A stretch of DNA of 64,000 nucleotides from a virus (taxonomy: Duplodnaviria; Caudoviricetes), in IMG/VR virus record IMGVR_UViG_3300028886_001681, positions 64,001-128,000 of that record; one strand, 5' to 3'. Positions 17,358-30,500 of the stretch are shown here, one piece after another. The notes under the pieces were generated by a model. It ran no database searches, was not told the DNA's origin, and saw nothing but the letters and a program-made list of their open reading frames with translations. Every line of letters begins with the position of its first letter. The stretch's first letter is position 1. A program made the translations under genes and the position numbers.

Positions 17358-17837
17358 ATGAGTCTACAAAATTATGCGAATAAAATGCGGAATCATTCTC
17401 ATGAAATGGAATCCAAGTTAGCCTTTTTGAAGGCCAAGAAAAAGAGAGGTAGCAAGGGCGAACAAATCACTAGAGATTTCTTGAAGCGATATGAATTGCC
17501 GTTCAAGGAGCAAGTTTCTTTCAACAACCTTTACTACAAGAGCAAGGACTTTCCACTCCGCTTTGATTTTCAAATATTTTTTAAAGATTCTTGGTTTCTT
17601 CTTGAAGTCCAAGGAGGACAACATTACAAGCCCACCAATTTCGGAGGCCATTTGACCGAAGAAGAAATTCAACAAAACTTCGAGGAAGGCCAAGAGCGCG
17701 ACAGAATGAAAAAAGAATACTGCGAAAAACACAATATCCTTTTAAAATGCGTGGATTGGAACGGCAACAAAAAGAAACTAATCGAGGATTTGGGGAAATT
17801 GTTCAGAAATCAGTTGAGGGATTCCACAGTGTCGTAG
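17358..17837 (+). CDS. Vsr/DUF559-like endonuclease
   Basis: SKGE, LRFDF, LLEVQGGQHY, RD..K..YC. Confidence 0.7.
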   Translation: MSLQNYANKMRNHSHEMESKLAFLKAKKKRGSKGEQITRDFLKRYELPFKEQVSFNNLYYKSKDFPLRFDFQIFFKDSWFLLEVQGGQHYKPTNFGGHLTEEEIQQNFEEGQERDRMKKEYCEKHNILLKCVDWNGNKKKLIEDLGKLFRNQLRDSTVS

Positions 17838-20800
17838 AAAGTTTCCGACGCAAAATACTTTTCCGTAAGGTTAATCAAGTCTTTCTTGAATTCTTCCTTT
17901 GTTTTCTGCCCTTCCATCAATTCCGCCATTTCGTCCGAAATCGCCAAATCGACCGCCAACGAACTTTGAAGGCCTACCGAAGGGTCTCCAACATCAACCA
18001 CTAAAAAATGTTTCATAAAGATTTCCCATTCTAACGGAATTTATCCCAAAGCATTGAATAGACTTGGTCACTAGTTTCGTTCACGAAGCCCATGTAGTCA
18101 AAACTTTCCCCATCCTCATCTTTCCATTGAACGCAAAAAGATTCCTCTTCAATTCTTTCCGTCACTTCTCGCATAGTCGGCATATAGTCGAAACTGTCGG
18201 CTATTCTTTGCGTGTCTGAATCATTCCAATTTCCAATCATTTCAAACCTCGTTCTTTTTTTTTCATTCATCTCTCGTTTTCTTGCTTAATTTGTCAGAAA
18301 TCACATTGATTAAGATTTCGTCGAGAATGAATTCCGCAATCAAAATCGGAAGCGCCACACGAACAAACTCTCCCCACGAAATGCTCGCCATTTTGATTAC
18401 GCAAATTATTGAACTAATCATTTATTTCCTCCTTTAGTTGAACTGAATTATTTTCCAACGACTTCCGCTCATGTGAAGCGTATCTATCCGTCGTTTTATT
18501 ATTATAATAGAAATCCTTAAAAATCTTTACCTTTGGTCATTTTCAACATTCCTCTTGATTCTTTCCCTAACTTCTTCAACCGTCGTGCCATCATTCGCTT
18601 TGTTAAACACTTCTCGGCAAACAATAGGAAAACATCTGTCGCATAAATCTTGTTCCTCATAAGGGAATATTTCCATTTCTTTTCCGCAACAGAGACATTT
18701 CTTTTTAATCTTTGTTATCGGCATAATCATTGAATCGCTTGCCATTTCCCCTCCTTCCGTCTTCGCAAGAACTCTTGGTACAAAGGATACCAAGGCTCTT
18801 TCTGCCCCAGCCTTACGTCCTCGAAGCACTCGTCCACAAAACGCTCGCTCTTTATGTTGAACGCCTTTTCCATTTGTGCCAAGAAAGACTTGAGGGCGAT
18901 GTCATCGTCTTTCATTTCGGCCAACCGCATTATTGAAAGTTTGACGGAGGATGTCATCAAGTCGGAAGAGCAGAAAACGAAAGCCTCATAAGGGTCGTCC
19001 GCGACTGTTTTAAGCCAAAACTCGTATTTCTTGTGGGACTGCCAATAGGCGCAGAACAAAATCCATTCCAAGAAACTCATTCCTTCTCCTCCGTTTCATA
19101 AACCGCGTCAAGACACGCTACGCAATCCTTGTCATAGTGGCCGCAAGTTTTCCAATCTTTCAAACAACCTTCGCAAACATGCTCTTGGTGCCAATTCGGA
19201 TGCTCGTTTCTGTATTGGACTACCCATCTGTCCCACTTGACCAAAGGAACATACTTCAAAGAGCCATAATTCAAATGAAAGTCAATATCTGGTTCCGTGA
19301 AAACCGGCGCCCCGCAGTTGCAAGTCAAACAACCGACAGTATGCTTTCCTGTAGTGGCATCGGTCGTGCAAAGGCTGGGTCGGACTAGACAAAGAGGACA
19401 TCTATAGGGTGATTCATTGTCGTCATACATGTTAAATCTTGCCCTCCCTCCAATCCTTATCGTAGCGCCTCATCTCCAACTCTTGCCTCACTTCATAAAC
19501 TATTGTTCCGGGAAGGACGATGAGCCAAGCGAGGAAGAACGGAAGGATGAACTGGAAATAGCCGTCGTCGTCCCAACCGAACTTATTATAATAGCGCAAC
19601 TCCTTCCAAGTCTTGCGGTGGCTTGTCCACCAATAGTCGAATCCGTAGTCTCCGTCGCCTGCGTAACTGTCGTAGGTTTCCCACAACATTCCGAGTTTTG
19701 GGCGTTTGTCGTAGAACCCCTTTCCTACACCCATTATGCACCAAAATCCGTATTTGAAAGGGTGGATTATGTGGTTGATTTTGTCTTTAAGAAACCAAGT
19801 CATTTCTCTTCCTCCACCTTCTCAAACCACTCGCAACCGTAACCGTCGCAAGTCCAATCAATCCAATCCCAACCTTGCTCGGTTTTGTTGAACAATATCT
19901 GGAAACTTTTTGATTCATGGTTGAAACTGATGAAGCCTTCCGCAAGCCTTGGCAAGTTCTTCATCTTCCAATTATCCTTGTATCCTTTCTCCTCAAAGTA
20001 GAACCGCACTTTGTCGCCTTGGCAACAAGGCGTGTTGTTGCGGTCGAAGATGTAGCCTCCGTGTTGCAACTTCTTTTCGATGTCAGGAATGGAGCGGAGA
20101 AAGGCTTGGACTTTGTCTTGGAGTTCGTTGTATTTCTCCGCTTTTCTAAACTCACTTGCAGGCATATCGTCGTAAATCGCATCTCTTTTATCAAACTTTG
20201 AGATGATATAGTCCAATAATTCTTTCGTCTCTTGCTTCATTTCCGCTCACTCCTTCATCAAGAATGTTTTCGCGACAAATCCGAACTTCTCAAGTTGGTC
20301 TACAGGAATCGCAAGCGTGTCAGCCTTGCTGCAGCTCAAGTCGCCCCAAGACACATTCCCTTTGGGAAACTCCAGCCAAGAAGGGAGTCCTTTCCAATGC
20401 TCCTTCATTTCTGAAAGAGTGTACCGTCCCGCTTTGTTGAAGTCGGTGGTGTAGCCGGAATACTCGTCTTGCCACATAACGAAGTTTGGCATCCAAGACA
20501 AGTCCGTGTGCTTTAAGCTGACTAGAATATATTCTTCTTCCATAGTTTCAATCCTCCTTGCTCGCAATTTCGCCGATTTTGCTTCTCAACAACGAATAAG
20601 CCTTGTTCGCGTCCTCTCTGTAAAGGACAACTTTTTGCCCTTCCTTGATGAATAACTTCAAGCAAGGCAAGTAGTCGCCGTAGCCGTTCGGATAGTCGTG
20701 CTTATATTCCATTCGCTCCAAATAGTCCAAGTTAATTGTATGTTCTACGCATTTTCTTTCATCGAGATGTAGATAAGCACCTGTTATTTCATGCTCATAG

Positions 20801-23800
20801 ATTACGCCAAACATTCTAGTCCTCCTTTATTTTATGGCAACATTTCATATCTGCCACCTTTTCTTATATTCTCTAATAACTTCACATTCTTCATGACAAT
20901 AGAGTCCATCTTTCTCTGTGATTTTCAACCAATCAAGAAAGTCCTTGAAAGAACCGTTATAACATTCACCCCAATCAAGATATGCTTGATATCTTCTTTT
21001 ACTTCTGCTTGGTTTGTTTTCTTTCTTTTTCTTGAGCCACAAATCAACTACATAATCTTTTCCAACATCTGTTACAGAATAAACTTCTTCGTTCCAATCA
21101 GTCGTTCCGTCTTTTTGCATATATCCTTTTTCAACAAGAGATTTAATTGCTTTATAATCTCCGTTATCTTCACTTGGATATATGCCGAACCAATTTCTAT
21201 AACCACCTCTATCATCATTCCAACTCGGCTGATATTCATAACCTAATGTATGAAACATTACCTTTTCTTCTTTTTCAGTAATTTCTGTCATACTCATTCC
21301 TTGTCGGTAAAACTATTCTTCTCCAATAATCAGGTTCATCTACTTTGTTCCAATAATCTCTGTCACCATATACACTATTTTCATCAGCACCAAACCAACG
21401 AACTAATTTTTCGTCTAACTCACCAATTTCGTGATACCAACGAACTTTGAAAACATCCCAATGAACTTTATCTTTATAATAATAAAGATATAAACCTTCT
21501 ATCCATTCACCTTCGTTAGGCAAATCATTTGGATTTTCATTTAAATTATGCCATTCATTAGCCTTGTTATATCCAAACTCCGCACCGTTTCTCCAATCAG
21601 TTTCTTTCGCATATCGTTCATGGTCTGTTGGCTCATACATTCCAAAATCTTTATCTGCATATTCTTCCGCTTCTTTCTCAAACATCATTCAATTTCTCCT
21701 ATGTGGACTTCCAACTTCCAATCATTGAAATTCCCTTGCCTTGAATCTTTCAAGTGAGGCAAGAACTCCCTTGCAATAGTGTCAGCAAGAGAAATGAGCA
21801 GTTCTTTTGTGATGTATTGGAAGTGAAACTTCGACAAGTAGTTGCGAAACCGCATCGCAACTTCACTTGGAAATTCAGGCTCCTCAATTTCAATTCCGTC
21901 AATGAAGAAGCGAACGAACGCTTGGTCGCCGATGTTATGAATTCTCACTTCTTTATTTTCATTTACCGCGGAATACACTTGAACGGTTTTCATAACATTT
22001 TCGCAACACTTCATTGTCCATTCTCTGTAATTCATTTCAAAGCCTCTGCCAAAGCGACCAACCCATTCTTCAGGTATTCTATTTGCATTCTCGCCATAGC
22101 GGACGAAAATGAAAATCTAGTTTGCAATTTGGAGTTGTCCCAAATCTTCAACGCTTTCTCAACCTTGTCCTCTTCGACCAACTTTATGATGTTGTCCGCT
22201 CCATAAATGTAGGACAAGTTCACCAACATATTGTGCTTCAAATGCTTGTAAGACTTTCTCACGCTTCCTCCAACAAAGTCATTTCAACCCAATCTCCTTC
22301 AACAATTCCTCAACCTCGCCCATAAGATTGTGCTTGTCGAGCACCGCTCTCATCGCCACCATTCTGTTGTGGTACTTGAAGTTTTCCTCAAGCAAGTTGC
22401 AAAGATACTTGTTCTTTTCGTAGGATTCGTCCTTCTCCTCGACTTTTATCTCGTAGTTTCCAAGATACTTCGACTGGTCTTGCAACTCAATCCTAACCAT
22501 TCCCTCGCAAGAGCAGTCTTTCTCCAAGCAATACTTCAAGTTCACGGGGTCTAAACTTACGGCCTCTTCAACAATTTTATAGACGTAATCGATATCCGTC
22601 GTTTCTTCAAAAGAAAATCTTCCGTCATATAAAGTGATTATCGCTTTAGTAGCCCCTTCGCAAGAAATCTCGAAGTCGCCAACCGGTTTGGGAGATTCTT
22701 GGGTGAGTTTTGTCTTAATCACATCGCAAGCGTGGGCTAATTTCGGGGTTAGTTGGTTGACGACATCCTCATAGCCTTTCATCTTATTCCTCCATATGTT
22801 CTGAAGCGGTCTTCGCCACGCTCGCCAAATCGCCCATGCATTTCTTGCAAAGAAGAAGCATGCATTTCGTTTTGCGCGAATCAATGTAAATGTTGTGGAG
22901 TTTGCCAAGTTCTCCGCAATTCTCGCAAGCCATAGGATAATCTTTCATGTCGCTTCCTATCATACTTGTTCCTCCGACAAATAATACTCTTCCAACTTTG
23001 AACGGACATAATTCTCGCAATCGTATTTGTCGTTCGAGCCGTAAACCACATCTCCGCTTATTCCGTTGTTGTCAATTCTATAATCCAAATCTCCAAGCCA
23101 ATGAACATACCAATTAGGGAAAAGCATAATTCATTCCTCCCACCCTTTCTCAACGAAAGTCTTGTAGTAAACCCAAAATCGCCCTCCGCTATATCCGCAA
23201 GAAACGATGCTCTCCGGGCGAATCTTTCTCAAGAATTCATTGACAAAGCAAGACGCGCTCTCATATCCTCTGGAGCGGCTCATCGCTTCAAAACTTTCGC
23301 ATTGGACGACTTCCTCAGCCGTTCGCTTGAAGAATTTGTCGCGGTCGGACCTCTTAATCATATAATACTCGTTGTCCCAATCGTAGCGAGGGTCTTGAAC
23401 GACCAACTCGACGAAGTCGTTTGCGCCGATGTTCGTCACTCGGTCTCCAATTTCCACCATCTCGCCTTTATGGAAATCGGCTTCCGCGTTCTCATAGCGG
23501 CCGTTTCCTACTTGCTCCATTAAAAACAATTTGCAATCTTCAATACATGTTCCGTCCATTTCCTATTTCTCATTTGTCGAAAATCAATAAAAGTTTAGCC
23601 ACCGCTAATACTAGACCCACTGAACCAAAAATCAAGCAACCCCAATACCATTCCACCAAGAACGACATCGCCACAGGAATCAAGATTGCGAGAAAAACTC
23701 CAATCATTGTGAATATCCAAATGAATTTTCTATAACGCCAATTCATATATTTCCTCCTACCAATCCTTCATATCGTCATCCATTGCATCGTCCAACTGGT

Positions 23801-24928
23801 CTTCGTCGCAACCGTAATAGTCCGCCCAATCGCTTCTGTTCCAATGAATCTCCCTCCAACCGCACTCGAATTCCTCAAGCGCGTCCTCGAAAGAATCGTC
23901 GTTTATGTTGGAGAAGAAATATCCGTCCGACGAGCGGACTTCTCCGTTGGGGAAGCGGTAGATTAAAACCGACTCCTCTCCGTTGGAGATTGTCTTAATC
24001 AACTCTCCGTCCATTTCCTCAAAATATTCGTTCATGCGAATCTCCTTTTCTATCTTTTGAATAATTCCAATAAAGTGTTCAAGCCGTTGGAATCCCATTC
24101 CTCGTTCACTTTCTTCATCTCTCGGACAACTATGCTTCTAATCATTTCGTCCGCTTGCTCCCTAGTGTTGCCCAAGGACATAAACTCCTTGACTTGTTCC
24201 TCGTACACTTCTTGATAAGGGTTCGGTTTGTATCTGTTTTTATAAAAGGACTTGCAAGCATACATCATGGAGTCAATCATTCCGTAGAATTCCGTCTTGT
24301 TGTCCTCCGACTCCCTAACCCAATCCGCTATGGAGTTTGGAATTGAAACGCTAGTTTCTCCGACAGTAATGACCATTCAATTTTCCTCCCAAAAAAATCA
24401 AACATAGTCGCCCCATTCCCAACCTTCGAGAATTCCGAATGTCTTCATCGCGTCGAGAATGGTGTACAACTTCTTTTGAATTTCCTTCGCGGTTTGAGGG
24501 GCGTCGTCGCCTCGGCTCTGAATCATGTATTGAAAGTCGTAGGGTTGAAGCCACTCGTCGTCCAACACATCAATCTCTCCGACCTCGTCGTCCAAAATTT
24601 TGATGTTCACGCTTACATCGTTCAAGCACTCGCATAGAATCCAAAATCCGTCGGTATGCTCGAATCCGACTTTTCTCATGATGTCCTTGTCGACGATGTG
24701 GAAGCGAAGATTTTTGTTCTGCCCTCGCTCGTCCACTTCCGTGGCCTTGATTTCCCAAACCTTCATTTAAAATACCCTCATTCCGTAGAAGTCCGCGAAC
24801 ACAGAGCGTTCCGTCTCCAACATGTCGAATTTGATGACCAAGACCGTCTTGCCCTTGGTTTCGTAAGTTGACAGAACCTTGCCTTTCCCAAAGTTCTTGT
24901 GGATTACATTTCGGTCGATGTAGTTCAT
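17810..24928 (-). other. cluster of about 20 small, tightly packed hypothetical (early-type) genes
   Basis: Overlapping start/stop codons and SD sites; sigma70 promoter TTGACA-17-TATAGT at 24988-24960. Confidence 0.65.
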
Positions 24929-25143
24929 ATTCTTCCTCCATATTTCTCCCACATCGACTACTATAACACATTTCCTTGAAAATGTCAAGGAAAATTACGA
25001 TTTTTCTCGATTATTTGAAGGTTGTCCATCATGTCCAAAGATTTCTTCCATTCTTCATACGACTCTTTGGAAGTGGGCAATCCTTGCGACTTTTCCTTCT
25101 TTTCTTCTGTTTCCGCTTTTTCTTCCTTCATATTCATTTCTCC

Positions 25144-26382
25144 TTATTTTTCGATTAAATTCCACAAAGGCTCAATTTCTTTTTCCGACATTTCATTCCA
25201 TCTTTTCTTGCCTCGAATTCCCAATTGAAGGAATATTGCGGAAAGGACAGATGTCACTATCGAATTTCCGAACTGTCTTTCGATTTGAGTTTTGGTGTTG
25301 ACGGACTTCATTCTCTCTATGTCGGAGTCCTTCACTCCCATCAACCTTCCCTTTTCCTTTTCGGTGAGTTTTCTTATTTTCGGCTTGTCGCTTCCCTCCA
25401 CAAGCATTGACGCTTCGTAGCAAGTCGTTATCGAGTTGGCGGTCGAACAGTTGCCTATTTCCAAAGTTTGGTTGTAGTTTCCATCGACTTTTCTGCCTCG
25501 TATCGCGCAAGAATAAACCTTGGGGTCTTCGCAAATGAGTATGCCATAACCTCCGCCTTCCGACTTCACCACGGAGGACAACCCGTTGGGGTTCATCACT
25601 CTATACCCTTCTCCGTAGCCCTTGCATTCCAAAGTCCCCATTCTTATTATTTTGTCGGAAACTTCACTGTTCTTGTTTTTAAGCAACAACTTTCTAGTCT
25701 TCTCGTTGTCGATGTAATAACTTTCATCGACATGTCTTTCCAAAATGTCCTTCAAATGGTTTTTCAACTCAATCGGCTTTGGAAATTCATATTCTTCGCT
25801 TTCCGAGAGAATGGACACACAGAAGCAACGAATTCTGTTTTGCGGAATTCCATAATCCTTGGCATTCAAGTCTTGGCAAAAATTCTTGTATCCTTTGGAG
25901 CGAAGAAACGAAAGCCACTTGTCGAATTCCTTGATGTTTTTCTTCGCTCGCACTTGGGGGACATTCTCCATTATTAAAAATTTGGGAAGTTCGCTTTCGT
26001 TCAACTCTTTCATTATTCTTTTCACTTCCCAAAGCAAAGACGACGATGTTCCGCTCCCTTCAACCATTCCTTTTTGTTGACCTGCCGATGAAAGCGATTG
26101 GCAAGGGAAGGAATAAAACATGATGTAGTCGTATTTATCGGTTTCGATTATCCTCAAGTCTTTTCCGCGTACATCTCGTATGTCGATGGGCTTGAAGTTG
26201 GTTCCGTGCAAGATGTTGTACGACTTCATCGCTTTCTCGTCGAACTCAATCGCTTTCCAAATCTCAAAGTCCGCACCTATGTTTTTCATAGCCATTTCTT
26301 GTGACCCGTATCCGCTAAAGAGAGTGATTAATCTAATCGGCTTGTTTAACTCAACCAATTTGTTTCCGAAAAAATCTTCCAT
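25144..26382 (-). CDS. dcm: DNA (cytosine-5) methyltransferase
   Basis: LFSGYG, FPCQ, ENV, Q.R.R, GNS; start placed at the SD-preceded ATG. Confidence 0.92.
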   Translation of the reverse strand: MEDFFGNKLVELNKPIRLITLFSGYGSQEMAMKNIGADFEIWKAIEFDEKAMKSYNILHGTNFKPIDIRDVRGKDLRIIETDKYDYIMFYSFPCQSLSSAGQQKGMVEGSGTSSSLLWEVKRIMKELNESELPKFLIMENVPQVRAKKNIKEFDKWLSFLRSKGYKNFCQDLNAKDYGIPQNRIRCFCVSILSESEEYEFPKPIELKNHLKDILERHVDESYYIDNEKTRKLLLKNKNSEVSDKIIRMGTLECKGYGEGYRVMNPNGLSSVVKSEGGGYGILICEDPKVYSCAIRGRKVDGNYNQTLEIGNCSTANSITTCYEASMLVEGSDKPKIRKLTEKEKGRLMGVKDSDIERMKSVNTKTQIERQFGNSIVTSVLSAIFLQLGIRGKKRWNEMSEKEIEPLWNLIEK

Positions 26383-26396
26383 ATCAAATCGTTTCC

Positions 26397-26825
26397 TTAA
26401 TCGAAGAATCCGTTTTCCTTTAGCCAAAAGTGCCAATTCTTCCACAACCTTTCTATTCCGCCGTTCAAGCCTTCCCATGATTTGTCGTCTATGTACACAT
26501 CCGCGCTAACTTTTCGGCAATTCAATCCGAACTTTTTCAAGTTTCTTTCGCAGTTTTCGTTCACATAGTCAAACTTGACTCCGTAAGCGGAGCAGAAATT
26601 CAAGGCTTCCTCCAATTCCTTCCCTTCTCGGCAACTCCACAAAATCAATGTGCAGTTTGGGTCTTCCGACAAATTCCGCAAGACTTCCATAGCGTAAGGA
26701 ATCGGCTTTATTATGGTCGGCCATTTGGTGTAGGCTATCGTGTTGTCGAAGTCAATGGCGTAGACTCGTTCTTGGTGGACTTTTTTGGGAATGACGATTT
26801 CCCCTTCAATGAAAGCGGACAACAT
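26397..26825 (-). CDS. HAD-superfamily hydrolase
   Basis: AIDFDNTI, LWSCR, K..ADVYIDDK. Confidence 0.8.
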   Translation of the reverse strand: MLSAFIEGEIVIPKKVHQERVYAIDFDNTIAYTKWPTIIKPIPYAMEVLRNLSEDPNCTLILWSCREGKELEEALNFCSAYGVKFDYVNENCERNLKKFGLNCRKVSADVYIDDKSWEGLNGGIERLWKNWHFWLKENGFFD

Positions 26826-27487
26826 TTTACGCTCCTTGTTTTTCTCGTGGCACCACATCAAAAGAAAATAATAGGCCACTAGCAGAAACTTCAACATCAA
26901 TTTCCTCCGAATTCAATATATCTCAATTTTTATTTTCAATCAACAATTTTCAAAAAAAATCGGCCGAAATTCAATCCGACCGATTTTTCGCTTGATTTTA
27001 CGAAAGCCTACTTCTTGTCTTCGTTCAGTTGAACCAAGAACACATGACCGTAACAACAACGATATGTGGCGTAGGCGTTTCCGTTCTTTAGTTTTACCGA
27101 AGTCTCGAAATCCCTATGGGCGATTCCAATCGAGACCATTCTGTCCTTTCTCTTGGTTCTGTCCTCCAAGCATTTGGGGCATTTCATGGCATAGGAATAT
27201 CCGAATCCCAAGGCACATAAAATCAAGGCGACAAATCCTATCAAAACAATCTTTCTCATTTCTTTAAAACCTCTAATTAAATAGTTCAAAAGAAAACGGA
27301 TTTTTTGCGGATTATTCTACTAACAACCTCAACCGCACACATTCCCAAAGCCACGATTCCCAAGACCGTGAACTCGACCCAACAATTCTCTCCGCTTTCC
27401 GATTGAAAGAACTCAACATATTTTTCAAACATATAATATCTCCTTGCTTTAATTCTCGGATTTTAAGGAAAAAACTTTAGGATTTTT

Positions 27488-29728
27488 TTAGAGCGTGATT
27501 ATATTACAATCCGTATCATTTGCTTGAATATACGCAACCATATCTTTTGAATGAGTTACAACAATCATCTGTTCAAACACATCTTTCATTTCTAACAAAG
27601 ATGAGTAGAACATTTCTTTTCTAGTCGCGCTTAACGGAGCGTCAGGTTCATCAAGCAAAATCATATTCAAATTCAAATTCTTATTGAAACTTTCACAGAA
27701 TCCGATATTTGTAATAGCCTTTTCCGCGCCACTCAATCGTTCAACTTTAATGTCATCTCCAAATCTCATTGAAATTCCACCACGAGTCATGTCGAATTTG
27801 ATGTTCAACGGTTTGTAATAAACTTGGTCAATAAACTCATTTATGTCATTTTCGATATTCTTCAAGTTTTGTAGTATTGCCCAAGACGGATAATCGGTTG
27901 TGAGAATCTTCTTACTGTTTTCCAAATCAAACTTTTCTTTCTCAAACTTTTGTTTTCTTTCCTTAAACTTTTCAAGTTCCTTCTTGTCCGCTTTCTTCGT
28001 TTCTTCAAGTCGCTCGTTGTATTCTTTCACGACTTTGTTTTCTACAACAACAGAATTATAAGATTTAAGTTCTTCTTCAAGTTCATTAATTTTATTTTCA
28101 TCAAAAGTTCCGATAGAGAATAATTCAATTTTCTTTGAAAGTTCTTCCATTTCTTTTAATTTAGAACTATGTTGATTTTCCAAATCATTTATCTCTTTTT
28201 TCAAACTTTCAATCTGTGAAGAATATAAATCTGCTTTTTCTTTAATGGAATTTAATTTAGATTCTTTTTCACTATCAACCGATTCGAGAATTCTTTTTTC
28301 ACTTTCAATCTGATTAATATAATTTTCTTTCTTCTGTGAAAGAGAATCATTTAACGATTTCTGTTCGGTTCGTTTGTTTTCAATTAAAGACTGTTTTTTC
28401 AAAAGTTCATTGGAAAGATTGTTTTTCTTTTCTTTCAATTCTTCATTCTTTTTTGATTTCTCTTCAATGTCTTTTTTCTTAGTAAGCAAATCGTCAATCA
28501 CACCTTCGCATTCTATAATTTGTTTATCATAAGAAATCGCTTCATCTACAAATTCTTGATATTTATGTTTACAACTATCACCGCTAGAACCACATGTAGG
28601 GCAAACTCCGCTTTCCAAAGTTTTTGAATTTTTCCATGCAATTGAAGACTTTGTTTTGAGTTCTGTCAAATTATTCCTTGCTTTTGTCAAAGAATCCTCA
28701 TCAAACTTAATCAACTTCATCAAACGAATGGAATCAATCTCTTTCACAAGTTCGTTTCCTTCATCTTCAATTTTTTTAATTTCACAATCGAGATTAAGGG
28801 ATTTCTCGCTTACGGTTTTATCAAGGCTTTCCTTCTGCTCTTCCAACAACTTGATTTTGTTTTCAGATTCAAGTTTCTTGTCTGCGAATTCTTTTTCAAT
28901 CTTTTCTTTTTCACTATCAAAATTAAACTGTTTGGCGTTTATAATTGAAACTTTTTTAGTTGAAATTTTAGAATCAATATTTATACATTCATTATTTAAT
29001 GAAGTTTTTCTTTCTTCCAAATCTTTCAACTGATTCTTCTTTTCTTCTACTAAAGATTTTTCCGCATTTAATTTATCTAACTGTGATTTTTTTAATTTAT
29101 ATTCATCTTCTGTAAACGGAAATTCACTGTATGATTTCATCTCATACTTTTTATTTTCGAGAGCAAAAATATTCTTATCTACTTCAATAATTTTTTCTTT
29201 AGTTTGCTCAATTTTTGGCTCAATAAGAGTCTTGATTTCTTTTGTATAATCGAGGTCTTGAATTTTTTTAAATAAATCTCGTCTTTCACTATCCGAACAA
29301 TGAATGATATCCATATCGGAATTCTGTCTTACAAAAAGAGCATACTTTGATGTTGCAACAGGAAGTCTTTCATTCAACCATTCTTTTACACCCTCACCAT
29401 TAGCAAGGTCTGTATCGATATCAACATCTTTAAGGTTTCGTGTGGTTATGTAAGTTTTTCCTTTTTTACAAGTTAATGTTTCAAGAAGATGTTTACCATC
29501 GAGCATGAATTCCAAAGAGATTGTAAACTCATTGCATTCTCTGTTCATATAATCGGCAAAACTACCCTCATATTCTGACAATAAAAGAATTGAAATTGCA
29601 TTTATTTGTGTAGTTTTTCCACTTCCATTTTCCGCACGGATTATATTGACACCGCTTTCGTACTCGAAAATCTTTTCATCTTTAAAACAACCGAATCCTT
29701 TTAACGAAAGTTTTATAAGTTTAAGCAT
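27488..29728 (-). CDS. Rad50/SbcC/gp46-like ATPase
   Basis: NGSGKTT, coiled coil with CPTCG hook, LSGAE, LLDEPD, VTH. Confidence 0.92.
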   Translation of the reverse strand: MLKLIKLSLKGFGCFKDEKIFEYESGVNIIRAENGSGKTTQINAISILLLSEYEGSFADYMNRECNEFTISLEFMLDGKHLLETLTCKKGKTYITTRNLKDVDIDTDLANGEGVKEWLNERLPVATSKYALFVRQNSDMDIIHCSDSERRDLFKKIQDLDYTKEIKTLIEPKIEQTKEKIIEVDKNIFALENKKYEMKSYSEFPFTEDEYKLKKSQLDKLNAEKSLVEEKKNQLKDLEERKTSLNNECINIDSKISTKKVSIINAKQFNFDSEKEKIEKEFADKKLESENKIKLLEEQKESLDKTVSEKSLNLDCEIKKIEDEGNELVKEIDSIRLMKLIKFDEDSLTKARNNLTELKTKSSIAWKNSKTLESGVCPTCGSSGDSCKHKYQEFVDEAISYDKQIIECEGVIDDLLTKKKDIEEKSKKNEELKEKKNNLSNELLKKQSLIENKRTEQKSLNDSLSQKKENYINQIESEKRILESVDSEKESKLNSIKEKADLYSSQIESLKKEINDLENQHSSKLKEMEELSKKIELFSIGTFDENKINELEEELKSYNSVVVENKVVKEYNERLEETKKADKKELEKFKERKQKFEKEKFDLENSKKILTTDYPSWAILQNLKNIENDINEFIDQVYYKPLNIKFDMTRGGISMRFGDDIKVERLSGAEKAITNIGFCESFNKNLNLNMILLDEPDAPLSATRKEMFYSSLLEMKDVFEQMIVVTHSKDMVAYIQANDTDCNIITL

Positions 29729-30140
29729 AGCATATTACTCCTTACATGTTACAATAAATATAAAATAAATCGAATGACTTGTCAAGTTTATTTATAATTT
29801 TTTTATTTTCTTCTTTTACCTAGCGTGAATTTTGCACCACAATTTATACAAACTCCAACAAAAGAACCTTTTCTTGATTGTTTTAATTCTCCGTTACATT
29901 TCGCACACTTTACTTGGATAATTCGCTTTTCCATAAATTCATCAATTTGTGAAGAATTATTTTTTCTAGGTTTGCGTTTTATTAATCCCAATTGTTTCGC
30001 TATTTGTTTGTATTCTTTTTCTACCCAAGCATCGTAATCTCCATCCCCTAGCATTTCTCCAAGACGAATGAATTGCGACCATAAGAATTCGTTATCATCA
30101 AATGTTTTATCCATAATCTATTCTACCTTTTCAAACTATT

Positions 30141-30500
30141 TTATGGTACTATTTTTACAAAAGATTTAATTTTTGTGAAATCATAATCACCATAAATACT
30201 AGCAATTATAAATCTTGCGTTCTTTTTATCCCATTCTAAAATACCTTCATAAACTTCATCATAAATAACTTTATCGCCATGACAACAAGGTGTTCCGTTT
30301 TTATCTTGAATGTATCCGCCCAAACGTAAATGAGATTCTATTTGTGGAATTGATTTCAAGAACTTACAAATTTTATCTTGATGATAATTATATTTATCAA
30401 TCGATTCATATTCTTCATCACTCAAACCGCTAGGCCTCGCATATCTATTAGAATGCTCCATTATCAATCCATCGAGTATTTTTTTACTTTCTTCTTTCAT
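30141..30500 (-). CDS. YopX-like hypothetical protein (paralogue of 19800-20240)
   Basis: Shared QDK...FL.SIP.IE..L..GGYI.D.N.TPCC.GDKV. Confidence 0.55.
   Translation of the reverse strand: MKEESKKILDGLIMEHSNRYARPSGLSDEEYESIDKYNYHQDKICKFLKSIPQIESHLRLGGYIQDKNGTPCCHGDKVIYDEVYEGILEWDKKNARFIIASIYGDYDFTKIKSFVKIVP

Noticed and set aside
17747-26509. Many plus-strand ORFs from the ORF track overlapping minus-strand genes
   Set aside because: Antisense shadows lacking SD sites and recognisable motifs
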